Shown here: positions 17,469 to 27,302 of the stretch, piece after piece
Layout: the number at the start of each line of letters is the position of its first letter
Numbering within the stretch: the first letter of the stretch is position 1
IMG/VR virus record: IMGVR_UViG_3300025101_002824
Span: 1 to 64,000 of that record
Source of the DNA: a virus
Reading direction: 5' to 3' (one strand)
Length of the DNA stretch: 64,000 nt
Made by a program: the position numbers and the translations under genes
The notes under the pieces: model-generated
Told to the model about the DNA's origin: nothing
Database searches by the model: none
Seen by the model: only the letters and a program-made list of their open reading frames with translations

Positions 17469-18538
17469 CTGTGTACGTGTATTTTTTTTAAATATTTTTT
17501 TTCATACTCTGGTTTAATTCTTACTGTAAATACATACAGCTCTCTGTTATAAATTTGGATTGCTTTTCTTATGATAGGCTCCATATACTTGAAGCCCTCA
17601 GAAGTAAGTGTACCATCTTCATCATGTTGTTTTACAAAATCTTCAGCATTCATTCTTGAATACCAACTATGTTGTGATTTATTAAACCAATACTTTATAT
17701 CTTTATTACGTGAACTAAAATGATATTCTTGAATAGTACCATGTAGTCTCCATAATAAATGATGATTAACATCAGTACGTATTGTAGGTAAAATCTTTTC
17801 TAACATTGATCTATCATCACCACCCGCATCATACATTTGTAAACATGTATCAAGCAAGCTTTGAGTTAGTATTTGTTGATTAGGAGATTCATCCATAACT
17901 CTGTCTCCAGTAATAGTTTCACAACCATCATTAACAATACGATCCAAAATCTTTAAAGCCATCCCTGTATATACATGTGTATTATAAGGAAGAGAATCAT
18001 ATTCACAACTACCAAGATAAGTACCTAGAACTTCAGAACGTCTATTATCCCATATTACATGTTCTATGCTTTCATCAGTCATCCAATTATTAATAATATC
18101 ACATTTTCTTTCACCTTGTTCAAACTCAGTTATAGAATAACCATTTTCAATATTAAACATAATAGCACGCAATGGTATATTATGATCATTAACTGTTTGA
18201 CATGACATTACATTAGTAATAAATACATCTGCTTGATCTATATCATTAGTAATTTTAATATCATGCTCTTTTAATTCCATTTTTAATTTATCAGCAGTTA
18301 TGCTTGAGCCAGGAATAATAAAAGCTTTTTTGTTTTTATAATTTATAATGGGAGATTCATTATCTCCTTCTAATATTTCTTGATGTTTTATATATGATGT
18401 TTCATCTTCACTAACTAATACTGTTGTATAGCTTAGGGCATCACCACTACAGATCATCCCATTGATGTCTGTAGAGGCAATACCTAAACTTGAAACAATA
18501 TTATTCATAGATCTTACATCTTCATGAATTTTTGCCAT
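17465..18538 (-). CDS. Hypothetical protein with BRCT-like segment
   Basis: AFIIPGSSITADKL...IKITNDIDQADVFIT. Confidence 0.7.
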   Translation of the reverse strand: MAKIHEDVRSMNNIVSSLGIASTDINGMICSGDALSYTTVLVSEDETSYIKHQEILEGDNESPIINYKNKKAFIIPGSSITADKLKMELKEHDIKITNDIDQADVFITNVMSCQTVNDHNIPLRAIMFNIENGYSITEFEQGERKCDIINNWMTDESIEHVIWDNRRSEVLGTYLGSCEYDSLPYNTHVYTGMALKILDRIVNDGCETITGDRVMDESPNQQILTQSLLDTCLQMYDAGGDDRSMLEKILPTIRTDVNHHLLWRLHGTIQEYHFSSRNKDIKYWFNKSQHSWYSRMNAEDFVKQHDEDGTLTSEGFKYMEPIIRKAIQIYNRELYVFTVRIKPEYEKKYLKKIHVHR

Positions 18539-19803
18539 TACTTTAATGTCATTTTAATTATTTCAGGGTTCATCATAAACTTGTTGAACTTTTGCTTATT
18601 ACCATTAAAGATAGTTCTAACAACTAAATACTTAAGATCATTAGAGAAATACTCTTTAGTACATAATGCTAGTAGTCTATCAGTAATTTTTTGGTTAACT
18701 GTATTCTCTTTAGAGTATACAACAGCGTAGTTACCAAGTCTTGTTGCAAGTGTAGACGCAATGTCTGCACGGTATGAATCATCTTTACCAACACATGATC
18801 CCAGCTCACCTAATATATATTGCTCATTGTCATGAGTCAATAAATCTTTAGGAGTAACTAGCTTGTCTAGTTTGTTATTAATAAAGATTGTAAACATAGA
18901 TGCAAACTCTTCACCTACACTACCTTCACCAATCATTTGGATTAGTGGTAGATTCTCATCAAACTTTTCAAAGCTAGATATAGCATTAAAGAATGTAGAG
19001 ATAGATCTTGCATTGGTTTCTTGTGTTACAAGTTCAGGATGCATCAACAAGAAGTTAATACATCTTGAGTCAATACCTTCTGCCTCTGCCCATCTTGCCC
19101 ACACATCTACATCAAACTTTAAGTTTGCAGTAATGTAACGAGTCTTCTGTGCTGAGTCAACAGAGTTAACCATATAGTCACCGTTATCAGGATTTGCAGT
19201 CAATATGATATGCCAATCTTCTGGTAGTGTCCATGAAATATATGTTTGACGGTCTACCAATTCCATAACAGCTTGAATGAATCTTACATCTGCACGGTTC
19301 CAGTCATCAAGAAGAAGGATACCACCTTTCTTCTTACCTGCAATCCACTCAGGTGCACAGTATGACATACGGTTTTGACCGGTCATTTTCCATCCACTCT
19401 TAAGATATTCTGCTACAGCTAGTTCATCAACCCACTGACCAACTTTTTTAGTAGTAGTTTTATTTGCTAGCTTAAGTAGATCATCAGCTGCAGCGCCTGT
19501 TCTACTATAGTTTACATCATCACCTTTAACAGGTACTTGCTTTTCTTTATACATTTGAAATTGTCTTACAGGAAAACCTACAAGGTCACCTAGCTCTTCT
19601 ATCTGTGCAAGATTAAGTTTAACAAAATCTAGATTATGATCTCTTGCCATGTCCATAATAGATGTAGTCTTACCAATACCGGACTCACCAACAACTTCAA
19701 TTGCTACGGGCTTCTTACCTTGTTTTTGTAGGAATCTATTGTTGTTAACTACGTGATTAACAAAATCCTTTAACTCATCAATGTTTAAATTTACTTGTGC
19801 CAT
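18538..19803 (-). CDS. MoxR-like AAA+ ATPase
   Basis: GESGIGKT, DLVGFP, LLLDDWNRA, ILTANP, DSAQKTR. Confidence 0.85.
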   Translation of the reverse strand: MAQVNLNIDELKDFVNHVVNNNRFLQKQGKKPVAIEVVGESGIGKTTSIMDMARDHNLDFVKLNLAQIEELGDLVGFPVRQFQMYKEKQVPVKGDDVNYSRTGAAADDLLKLANKTTTKKVGQWVDELAVAEYLKSGWKMTGQNRMSYCAPEWIAGKKKGGILLLDDWNRADVRFIQAVMELVDRQTYISWTLPEDWHIILTANPDNGDYMVNSVDSAQKTRYITANLKFDVDVWARWAEAEGIDSRCINFLLMHPELVTQETNARSISTFFNAISSFEKFDENLPLIQMIGEGSVGEEFASMFTIFINNKLDKLVTPKDLLTHDNEQYILGELGSCVGKDDSYRADIASTLATRLGNYAVVYSKENTVNQKITDRLLALCTKEYFSNDLKYLVVRTIFNGNKQKFNKFMMNPEIIKMTLK

Positions 19804-19811
19804 TTTCTTTA

Positions 19812-20996
19812 TTATTTATTAATTTGAATTTTTAGTCCTGGTAACTCTTCATTTATCTCACAACGAGAACTGTGTACCCAAAGAGAATTCTTTGGACAGT
19901 TATCCGGAGTATAAGCTTCACCATCTGTTAAATATATTAGAGCAGTATAATGCCCTTTTTCATTGTAATGATCTATTACAGGTTGGAAGCTTGTGCCTCC
20001 TCTACCTTTTATATCCCAATCTTTTTTAGGATTAAATACTTCTACACTATTGATCTGTGTATCACACTGTACTACAGTAATCTGATGACCAGTCTTGTGC
20101 ATATGTGTAAGCTCACTCATGAACTCTTGTAATTCTGAATTAGATACAGATCCGCTTGTGTCAACACCAACACAGATATGATTCTTGTGTTTAATTTTAA
20201 GACCAGGGTTACCGCTGTATCTTTTATTGTACTTACGTCTCAGTTTCTTTGTATATACTATACTAGAATTACCAACAAATCTTCTTAGATATGCCTTCCA
20301 ATTAAATGAAGGAGGTTCAATTGTTCTAAGTCTTCTTATGATTTCAGAGAACTCACCGGGTACATGACCTTGTCTTTTCTCTGTTAGATCTGCAGTTTCT
20401 TTGAGTTGATGTTCAATTTGTTTTTGTACTAGCTTCTTATCAGCTTCTGATAACTCATCAAACTCATCCCAAGTAGAGTGACAATATTGACTAGCTCCAT
20501 TCATTTCATTTAATAAATTGTCTAGTGTTGGACATGATCCATCATCTTTAGCTTGTTGCAATTTATCATAGTAATATTTTGTACCTGCTTTAAGATCTAA
20601 TTTCAATTCAGGAAACATATCTAGTGTTAAACCACCTTCAGGTAACATATTACTTTCAATATATTGATTGATCTCAAGATCTGCAGCAATATTAAATAGT
20701 TTATGATCAGCATATGAATCTCTTGTTATTAAGTGACCAAATCCTACATGAAGTATTTCATGTTTCATCAAACCTATTTGTTGCATTTCTGTAAGACCAT
20801 CAAAGAATTTAGGATTGATTGCTAGTTGTACACCCATGCCAAGCTTACTAACACCAGCAGTAGGTAAATCATCTCTGTACTTTTTGTTCATACCTATAAG
20901 TAATAAACCATAAAATGGTTCTTTAAACATAAGGGTCTTACAAGCCTTAGATACTTTATCTACTACTTTTTGTAAATTAATAACTGTTGTATTCAT
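19812..20996 (-). CDS. Metallopeptidase-vWA fusion (DUF2201-like)
   Basis: HEILH zincin motif, NIAADLEIN; vWA DTSGS, GRGGTSF, YLTDG. Confidence 0.85.
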   Translation of the reverse strand: MNTTVINLQKVVDKVSKACKTLMFKEPFYGLLLIGMNKKYRDDLPTAGVSKLGMGVQLAINPKFFDGLTEMQQIGLMKHEILHVGFGHLITRDSYADHKLFNIAADLEINQYIESNMLPEGGLTLDMFPELKLDLKAGTKYYYDKLQQAKDDGSCPTLDNLLNEMNGASQYCHSTWDEFDELSEADKKLVQKQIEHQLKETADLTEKRQGHVPGEFSEIIRRLRTIEPPSFNWKAYLRRFVGNSSIVYTKKLRRKYNKRYSGNPGLKIKHKNHICVGVDTSGSVSNSELQEFMSELTHMHKTGHQITVVQCDTQINSVEVFNPKKDWDIKGRGGTSFQPVIDHYNEKGHYTALIYLTDGEAYTPDNCPKNSLWVHSSRCEINEELPGLKIQINK

Positions 20997-21291
20997 CTTC
21001 TAATCTTTTAAATATTTTACATTCTGTTTCTAACATATACTCATCAATAGTTTTTTTTAAATCATCAAGCATAATATATCTATTATATTTTATTGTGTCA
21101 AAACCTATAGCTTCAATAAAGTCTGCTCTTTTAGATCCGCCAAATGATTTTATCATTAGCATATCTATTATGTGTGACTTATCATGATGCTTATATATTT
21201 CTACACCCATAAAAAAATCCTCCGGGTTGGAGGATCTCATCATTTCTATAAGTTTATCATACACTTCTAAAGTGAACTCAGGTTTACTCAT
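20977..21291 (-). CDS. Hypothetical protein
   Basis: 104-aa ORF sharing a helical motif with 16254 and 17465. Confidence 0.65.
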   Translation of the reverse strand: MSKPEFTLEVYDKLIEMMRSSNPEDFFMGVEIYKHHDKSHIIDMLMIKSFGGSKRADFIEAIGFDTIKYNRYIMLDDLKKTIDEYMLETECKIFKRLEDEYNSY

Positions 21292-21673
21292 CTTTTAATT
21301 TATTTAAATGTTCTTCAATTTCAATCCAGACACCTGGATGTTCTTTATCATATTCATATGGTTCAAATTTTGGTATAATAAAATTCATATTATCATCTTC
21401 TATCCAATGATGTTTAACCATGTCATCCTGTACAGTTTGACACGGGTTAATATAATCAAACTTATGGCGGGTACCTCTAACAAACTTAAATGTTACAGTA
21501 AGAGGAAATTCATACTTAGCAATTTCATATTTAAATTGTGGTGCAATTCTTATATAATCTGCTTTAGTATCCATTCTATACTTCATAACAGTTTTACTTG
21601 CTATAAAATATTTTCCTGTCCATCTTCTGCTATTCTTTGAGCTTGGTACGTTACCTGGTATCCACCATTTCAT
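21284..21673 (-). CDS. RusA-like Holliday junction resolvase
   Basis: IPGNVPSSKN...FDYIN...VQD.M......EDDN. Confidence 0.7.
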   Translation of the reverse strand: MKWWIPGNVPSSKNSRRWTGKYFIASKTVMKYRMDTKADYIRIAPQFKYEIAKYEFPLTVTFKFVRGTRHKFDYINPCQTVQDDMVKHHWIEDDNMNFIIPKFEPYEYDKEHPGVWIEIEEHLNKLKDE

Positions 21674-22644
21674 ATACTTGACTTTATTAAATTAAACAAT
21701 TTAGGCTTAACTGCTTGGGCTCCATACTTTTTAACTGCATCTGATATATCTTTTTCAGACTTAATATATATACCTTCTACATCATATACACGCTTGTATG
21801 TTTCCATTGCAGTATGACCTGCTTCATCATTATCAAACAAAGATAATACTTTTTTATAATTCTGTTTAAGATTATGGATTATATGCGGTTTGATTATTGT
21901 ATTCTCACTATGAGGAGCAATAAACTCTAAGTTAAAATCAAAAGAGCTTATACACATACCATCTTTTAGTGAAGAAGTTATTACAAGATAATCTTTCTTA
22001 CCTGTTAACTGATCAAGTCCTTGAAGATGTTCAAGAACTTTAGTAAACTTATTCTTTTTACTGTGAGGCTGATATATCTTATAACATTTACCTGCAGTAT
22101 CAAAGTATCCATAAATCCCTGGCTTTTGTATTTTAATTTTTTCAATACTTGATTCAGAATCTTTTACCATAGTAAAATAATCTAAAGGTAAAACTAAATA
22201 CTTTGCTAGCATAGAAGCGCCTATATTAAACTGTAACCAGAATTCTGCATCCTGATCATTCCAGTCTCTTGTTATTGTTGCATCTAATTTAAACTTTGGA
22301 GCAGGTACAAACTCTTCTGAGTCAAACACACCACCATCCATTACCCATTTGTTATAGTCTTCAACTATTCTAAAGAGGGCCTTAGAATAATTCAGGTCAA
22401 ATAATTCTTGTACTAAGTCAACCTTACTTCCTTGTTTACCTGTAGAAAAATCTTTAAACTTATACTCATTTTTATATGGACATAAATAGATACACATACT
22501 AGGAGTACGTTCATTAGGATTAAATACAGACTTAATTTTTAAATCCTGACCGGCTAACCTTTCAGGTAATGTTAAGTAGTATTCAAATACCCATGCACTA
22601 TTTACATCATTTTTATTATCAGCAAATCCTTTTGTAGTAAACAT
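21670..22644 (-). CDS. DNA primase (Toprim)
   Basis: ERTPS...FKDFSTG; ITSSLKD; LFDNDEAG; KDISD; ATG at 22644 preferred. Confidence 0.8.
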   Translation of the reverse strand: MFTTKGFADNKNDVNSAWVFEYYLTLPERLAGQDLKIKSVFNPNERTPSMCIYLCPYKNEYKFKDFSTGKQGSKVDLVQELFDLNYSKALFRIVEDYNKWVMDGGVFDSEEFVPAPKFKLDATITRDWNDQDAEFWLQFNIGASMLAKYLVLPLDYFTMVKDSESSIEKIKIQKPGIYGYFDTAGKCYKIYQPHSKKNKFTKVLEHLQGLDQLTGKKDYLVITSSLKDGMCISSFDFNLEFIAPHSENTIIKPHIIHNLKQNYKKVLSLFDNDEAGHTAMETYKRVYDVEGIYIKSEKDISDAVKKYGAQAVKPKLFNLIKSSI

Positions 22645-22664
22645 AGTATTAGATTTAAAAGTTT

Positions 22665-22745
22665 GGGGCTGAGGGTTGGTCTGAAAATATTTTCTCCTCA
22701 ATTAAGCTGGTATGACCACGTCTGGAATTACACCATTCAGCACCC
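22665..22745. ncRNA. Candidate structured RNA / cis-regulatory element upstream of primase
   Basis: GC-rich island with closing stem GGGGCTGA / TCAGCACCC, TGGT/ACCA pairs and a GAAAATATTTTC palindrome. Confidence 0.35.
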
Positions 22746-22762
22746 GCTACTTTTGTTATATA

Positions 22763-23440
22763 CTATAAATCAAAGTCAGATCCTGCAGAACCATTCATAG
22801 CTGGTTCAAAGTTTGCATTAGATGTAGTTGACTCAGCTTTCTTTTGTACTTTTCTTACATGAGTTGCCTCATTAAAAGTCAATAGTCTTGAGTTTGCTTT
22901 ATCTAATTCTTCAGCAGGTACACCGTCCTTAGATAACTTAGGAAGATATAAATCATTATTAATATATCCTTCTTTGTTTTCCCACTCACGTGATCCTAAA
23001 CATACATTAAAGAAAGAACCAGCAAATAATTTACTAGTAGAAGATACAAAGTCTTCAATTGTACTAGCTTCTATTGCATCTAGTTCATTTCTTTTATTCA
23101 TTACTTCACTTAAGAATATCATAGACTTGAGAACTTCTTGATCTCTATCAATTTCTCTACCACTTGGTAATGTTGTAGTCTTGTAAGGATATGGTGTCAT
23201 TCTAACTCTACCAATTTGTCCTTCATATCTACCTGCAGACTCATTATCTTTATCTCTAAAGAATCCTTCAAAGTCTCCGCCAACTGGCTTAGTTTCTACA
23301 TGTAGCATTACATTGTATGCTTCAGAATCATATGGTGTTTGATCAAATGTAATTGAATTGATTTTAATTACGTTGTTACCTGGGCCAATTAAAGGTCTAA
23401 CTTTACCGGCTCCTACTTGCATGTCTTTAGTGTTTAACAT
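22763..23440 (-). CDS. Putative single-stranded DNA-binding protein
   Basis: Lies between an AAA_24 ATPase and primase; beta-rich; tail ends SDFDL. Confidence 0.5.
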   Translation of the reverse strand: MLNTKDMQVGAGKVRPLIGPGNNVIKINSITFDQTPYDSEAYNVMLHVETKPVGGDFEGFFRDKDNESAGRYEGQIGRVRMTPYPYKTTTLPSGREIDRDQEVLKSMIFLSEVMNKRNELDAIEASTIEDFVSSTSKLFAGSFFNVCLGSREWENKEGYINNDLYLPKLSKDGVPAEELDKANSRLLTFNEATHVRKVQKKAESTTSNANFEPAMNGSAGSDFDL

Positions 23441-23466
23441 TTTTTTTACTTTTTTAATTAATTAAC

Positions 23467-24150
23467 TTAGTTCTCATACTCTGCAATACAGTCTTTAACT
23501 AATTGCAAATCATTATCTATAAAGGAATCTTCAAACATTCCCATTGGAGATTTACATGTATTCTCCCCGTTATTTACAGTATCAAATCCATAATGTAATT
23601 GTCCGTCATCATCTTTCTTTACATGACCAAACAAAACTATAGAAAATAATCCTTCTAATGTTAAAGTATTATCAATCATTTTACCAATTGTTTTAGCTTT
23701 AACTTTTCTGTGTCCATTTATATCAGTGCTATCTTCTGAATGAGTTAAGAAAAAGATAGTTAGATCTTCTCTCATATCTTTAGGCATCTTAGCAACTTGT
23801 GCTAGGTTAGCCGCAATTTGAGTAAACTTATCATAACCTTTCTCATTAGCTCTATCAAAATATTCAAAGCTGGACATATACTGCCAATCATCTACAACTA
23901 ATGTTTTGATGTGCGGCATGTTATCATTAACATGTTTCATTGCTTTAATAATACCAGCAGCTGAAGAAGCTGAAGTCATATTACCTTTAGGATTATCTTT
24001 ACTAATGTTAGTATAATCTTTCTTCCATCCTTTGAATGGTAAAGGTTTATTTGCAATGTTAATTATAAAGGTCTCCTTTGCAGGAAGATTCCTCATACTT
24101 GTTGATTTACCTGACCCTGAGTCAGCAATAATTAATACGCTTTGTGCCAT
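23467..24150 (-). CDS. AAA_24 / Sak4-like P-loop ATPase
   Basis: ADSGSGKST, LVVDD, FFLTH, KSPMGMF. Confidence 0.8.
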   Translation of the reverse strand: MAQSVLIIADSGSGKSTSMRNLPAKETFIINIANKPLPFKGWKKDYTNISKDNPKGNMTSASSAAGIIKAMKHVNDNMPHIKTLVVDDWQYMSSFEYFDRANEKGYDKFTQIAANLAQVAKMPKDMREDLTIFFLTHSEDSTDINGHRKVKAKTIGKMIDNTLTLEGLFSIVLFGHVKKDDDGQLHYGFDTVNNGENTCKSPMGMFEDSFIDNDLQLVKDCIAEYEN

Positions 24151-24152
24151 TT

Positions 24153-24689
24153 TTATTGATTTAATTGATTTCTATTAATGTTTCTCAATAGGTTTTGAAT
24201 ACCTATCAACGCTTTTTCTATACCTTTTGCTACATCTAACATAGTTCTTTCTGTTTCAGGATTATTAATGTTAATATCCTGTGTAGTTAACTTAGTTACT
24301 GCATCTGCAAGGCTAGCTACTTGCGCATTAGTTCTTGAGTTTATATCATTGATTACTTTTAGTTCACCAATAGGAATGATATGTCTAGCATGTCCTGATT
24401 TTGATGTAACTAATTCATATTCTTCAGACCAATGAGGATTATGCTTTAGGAAGTATAATGTTCTCTTTGGATCTTCAGAGTCATAATCAATACTTACAAA
24501 CTCTGTATATATATCTTCTCCCTTTTGTAACTCACTAGGGAAAAAAGATATATGCTTTTCATCCTTACCAGGTGGCCTATAAGCCATCTTAGGAATGTAT
24601 AATGGATGTTTAATATTATTAGAAGTAAAATACTCTTCATGTTCATTAAACAACTCCTTTACTTTTTTCTTTCTTTCAGCTGGTGTCAT
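24153..24689 (-). CDS. Hypothetical protein
   Basis: 178-aa ORF in the replication cluster. Confidence 0.7.
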   Translation of the reverse strand: MTPAERKKKVKELFNEHEEYFTSNNIKHPLYIPKMAYRPPGKDEKHISFFPSELQKGEDIYTEFVSIDYDSEDPKRTLYFLKHNPHWSEEYELVTSKSGHARHIIPIGELKVINDINSRTNAQVASLADAVTKLTTQDININNPETERTMLDVAKGIEKALIGIQNLLRNINRNQLNQ

Positions 24690-24702
24690 ATTATTTTATT
24701 TA

Positions 24703-25659
24703 TTAAACTTGTCTTCTTGGAGCTTGAGGTGGTGTTTCCATCTCTAATATTTCCATTCTTTCAAACGCTGCTTTAAAGAATGACATACGTGCATCACCAT
24801 TTCTTGCTTTAAGAAAATGTAATACTAATGTTTTATCATCATTTATCATATATCTATCAGGACCATAGTATTTAATCTTTTGTTTAGCAGGTCGGTTAAT
24901 ACCAATTAAAGTATCAGCATGTTGTAACATAGCATCTGAGCCAAATATATCTGACTCAAGAATATAGTTACCATACTTACCATCTACTGCTCTATCTGGA
25001 TTATCTATGTTTCTGTTAAGTTGAGATAGTGCTATAAATAAACACGGATACTCACGCTTTACTTGTGTAAAGAATTCACCTAACTCAAACAACATATCTA
25101 ACCTATTGTTTTGATATGGTGCACGCTTTACTAGTATAGTATGATCCAATGTTATAATAGTTTTCTGACCTTTATGTTCATTCATATACATATCAACTTG
25201 CTCACGCATTTGATTTACAGTCATAGGTGTAGATACAATATCAACAGGAAACTTAACTCTATCTTTTGCATACAAATGACATCTGTTAAATACATCTGAA
25301 CTTAATGTTGATCCAGCACTACATAACTCTTTGTATGTTTTACCGGTTATAGAACTAAATTCTCTTATTGCTGAGGTTCTACCTACCATTTCAAACTGAA
25401 ATTCTAATACTCTGAATTCATCTGCAGGATTTAATACAAATGATTCTCTAACTATCTGATCCTTAATTAAAGTTTTACCTGACCCTGGTCTACCGCCAAT
25501 AACAGTAAGAGTATTCCACTCTAATCCATCTGTTACAGCATCATTAAACTTAGGCCATGGTGTATATATAGATTTTTCTTTACCTGATTGTCTATCAAGC
25601 ATATATCTAAGTGCTTCTTCAAAAGCATTATGTTGTCCTTTCCATGCTTGTTTACTCAT
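24703..25659 (-). CDS. dnaB: DnaB-like replicative helicase (C-terminal RecA domain only)
   Basis: GGRPGSGKT, FEM, TLDH, LSQLNR, KARNG. Confidence 0.85.
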   Translation of the reverse strand: MSKQAWKGQHNAFEEALRYMLDRQSGKEKSIYTPWPKFNDAVTDGLEWNTLTVIGGRPGSGKTLIKDQIVRESFVLNPADEFRVLEFQFEMVGRTSAIREFSSITGKTYKELCSAGSTLSSDVFNRCHLYAKDRVKFPVDIVSTPMTVNQMREQVDMYMNEHKGQKTIITLDHTILVKRAPYQNNRLDMLFELGEFFTQVKREYPCLFIALSQLNRNIDNPDRAVDGKYGNYILESDIFGSDAMLQHADTLIGINRPAKQKIKYYGPDRYMINDDKTLVLHFLKARNGDARMSFFKAAFERMEILEMETPPQAPRRQV

Positions 25660-26255
25660 ACTACGTTTTCACTAAAATGATTATTATCTTCTTCCTCTAC
25701 TCCATCTCTAATCATATCACAATAATCAGCAAGTTGTGATTGCTTAACTTTGGATTGATCAGCTTTGGATATAAAGTATTGACTAGTCTGCATATACAGA
25801 TAATCTTTTTGTGCATACTCATTAACATAACGTTTAGTAGCAGCAATAACTTCATCCCATGTGTAATCATAGTTTTGAAAGAACCATCTAAAATTATTTA
25901 TCAAGGTTTTTACATTTACTCTTGCTGGTTTACCGTGTGGTAATTTACCTGCAGGAAATAACTCTCTATATTCTTCTACCATATCTACATATTCTTTACC
26001 CATTATATGGATATTAGTTTTCTTTTTAGCTTTGGTAAAATAAGAATTATATTTAGTTATAATGTCCTTACCTTTATTAGTTATAGTGACTTTCTTACCC
26101 GGTTCATACTCAACATACTTATTATCTACTAATCCTTTTATTTCTAAATGAGGATTAATAGTTTGTATGCTAGTACTATTTTCAATTGCATATAGAAGCA
26201 ATAGCTGATTTGGTGTAAGTTTGTCTATCAATATTTCCTGTAGTAGTTCCCACAT
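25656..26255 (-). CDS. Putative wHTH replication protein
   Basis: N-terminal winged-helix-like segment; coupled to dnaB. Confidence 0.5.
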   Translation of the reverse strand: MWELLQEILIDKLTPNQLLLLYAIENSTSIQTINPHLEIKGLVDNKYVEYEPGKKVTITNKGKDIITKYNSYFTKAKKKTNIHIMGKEYVDMVEEYRELFPAGKLPHGKPARVNVKTLINNFRWFFQNYDYTWDEVIAATKRYVNEYAQKDYLYMQTSQYFISKADQSKVKQSQLADYCDMIRDGVEEEDNNHFSENVV

Positions 26256-26700
26256 AATTTTTTAAATAGTTTTCAAAATGTTTATAAATGGCAACAAATT
26301 CTACATCATTGGTATCTCTAAAATTTTCTATAGTTTTTATACTGTGTATGACTGTTGCATGATTTTTATTTAAGAATCTAGCAATATTACTTTTACTGTA
26401 TCCATACTTCCATGCTAGATAAGAAAATAACTGTATCCAAATAAGAACATCTCTCTTTCTTGTCTTAACATCAGATAGATTATTATATACTATAAGACTT
26501 TTATCAAACTCATGCATACACATAACAACAAAATTAGAAAGGTCTTTTAATGATACTCTTTCAGGATTATCTACTATGTTTATAGAGCTTGTTAAGCCGC
26601 CTACAGTTATGTTAACTGAATACTTATGTTTATTTTCAAAATTCTCAATGAAATTAGCCACATCTTTGGCCATTTCAGGTGATAAAATACTTGGTTCCAT
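26182..26700 (-). CDS. DnaA domain IV-like helix-turn-helix protein
   Basis: YSKSNIARFLNKNHATVIHSIK resembles the DnaA C-terminal IG..F.RDHTTV.H motif. Confidence 0.7.
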   Translation of the reverse strand: MEPSILSPEMAKDVANFIENFENKHKYSVNITVGGLTSSINIVDNPERVSLKDLSNFVVMCMHEFDKSLIVYNNLSDVKTRKRDVLIWIQLFSYLAWKYGYSKSNIARFLNKNHATVIHSIKTIENFRDTNDVEFVAIYKHFENYLKNYVGTTTGNIDRQTYTKSAIASICN

Positions 26701-26718
26701 ATCTGGTTTTTTGATTAA

Positions 26719-26726
26719 CAAATATA
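26719..26726 (-). promoter_or_regulatory. Bacteroidota -7 promoter element (TATATTTG)
   Basis: Matches TAnnTTTG, ~20 nt upstream of ATG 26700. Confidence 0.6.
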
Positions 26727-26771
26727 CAAAATTAAAACGTGTTAACCTTGTGTTTATTTAATTATATTTCA

Positions 26772-26779
26772 TATCTTTG
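26772..26779 (+). promoter_or_regulatory. Bacteroidota -7 promoter element (TATCTTTG)
   Basis: Matches TAnnTTTG, 22 nt upstream of ATG 26802. Confidence 0.6.
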
Positions 26780-26801
26780 TACTATAAAAACATTAATTAA
26801 A

Positions 26802-27287
26802 ATGGAAGAAATAGACAAAAAAGCAATACAAGAAATGGTAGAATTGTCAGAACAATTACCAGAAGATGTATTTGCAACAGTTCCGGATGAAGATACTGTA
26901 GATATAAAAATATCAGGTGCATTTAGTAGATCAATACAAAAAACATTAGAGTATGTTATTAATGGTGTTGATCCAGTTGAAGCAACTAGAGCTTTAGAAT
27001 ATCTTAAAGCTGATTATAAAGGTGAAGACTTTGACCAAAGTAAAGTCTGTGATCTTGATGTAGCTGTTTGGACACTAATGATGCTCACTAATGAGTTTAA
27101 TGCACAAGCAGGGCTACAGAAGAAAACTAAAATTTATGACAGAAAGACTTTCATGGAAGCATTAACAGGTCAAGGTGATACTGCAATGCCATTAACTGAT
27201 GAAGATATTGCTGCAAGAGTTATAGAAGCAAATAAAAACTCACAAGAAACACTTAAGAAAAGCAAAAAGAAGGGCAAGAAGAAATGA
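26802..27287 (+). CDS. Hypothetical protein on the opposite strand within the replication arm
   Basis: ATG 26802 with A-rich leader and its own promoter; acidic body, Lys tail. Confidence 0.75.
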   Translation: MEEIDKKAIQEMVELSEQLPEDVFATVPDEDTVDIKISGAFSRSIQKTLEYVINGVDPVEATRALEYLKADYKGEDFDQSKVCDLDVAVWTLMMLTNEFNAQAGLQKKTKIYDRKTFMEALTGQGDTAMPLTDEDIAARVIEANKNSQETLKKSKKKGKKK

Positions 27288-27302
27288 TGTGCATGATAGT
27301 GA

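Noticed and set aside
22665-22745. GGGGCTGA start resembling a tmRNA 5' end or a tRNA
   Set aside because: Too short, no T-arm/CCA end or tag ORF; kept only as a generic structured element
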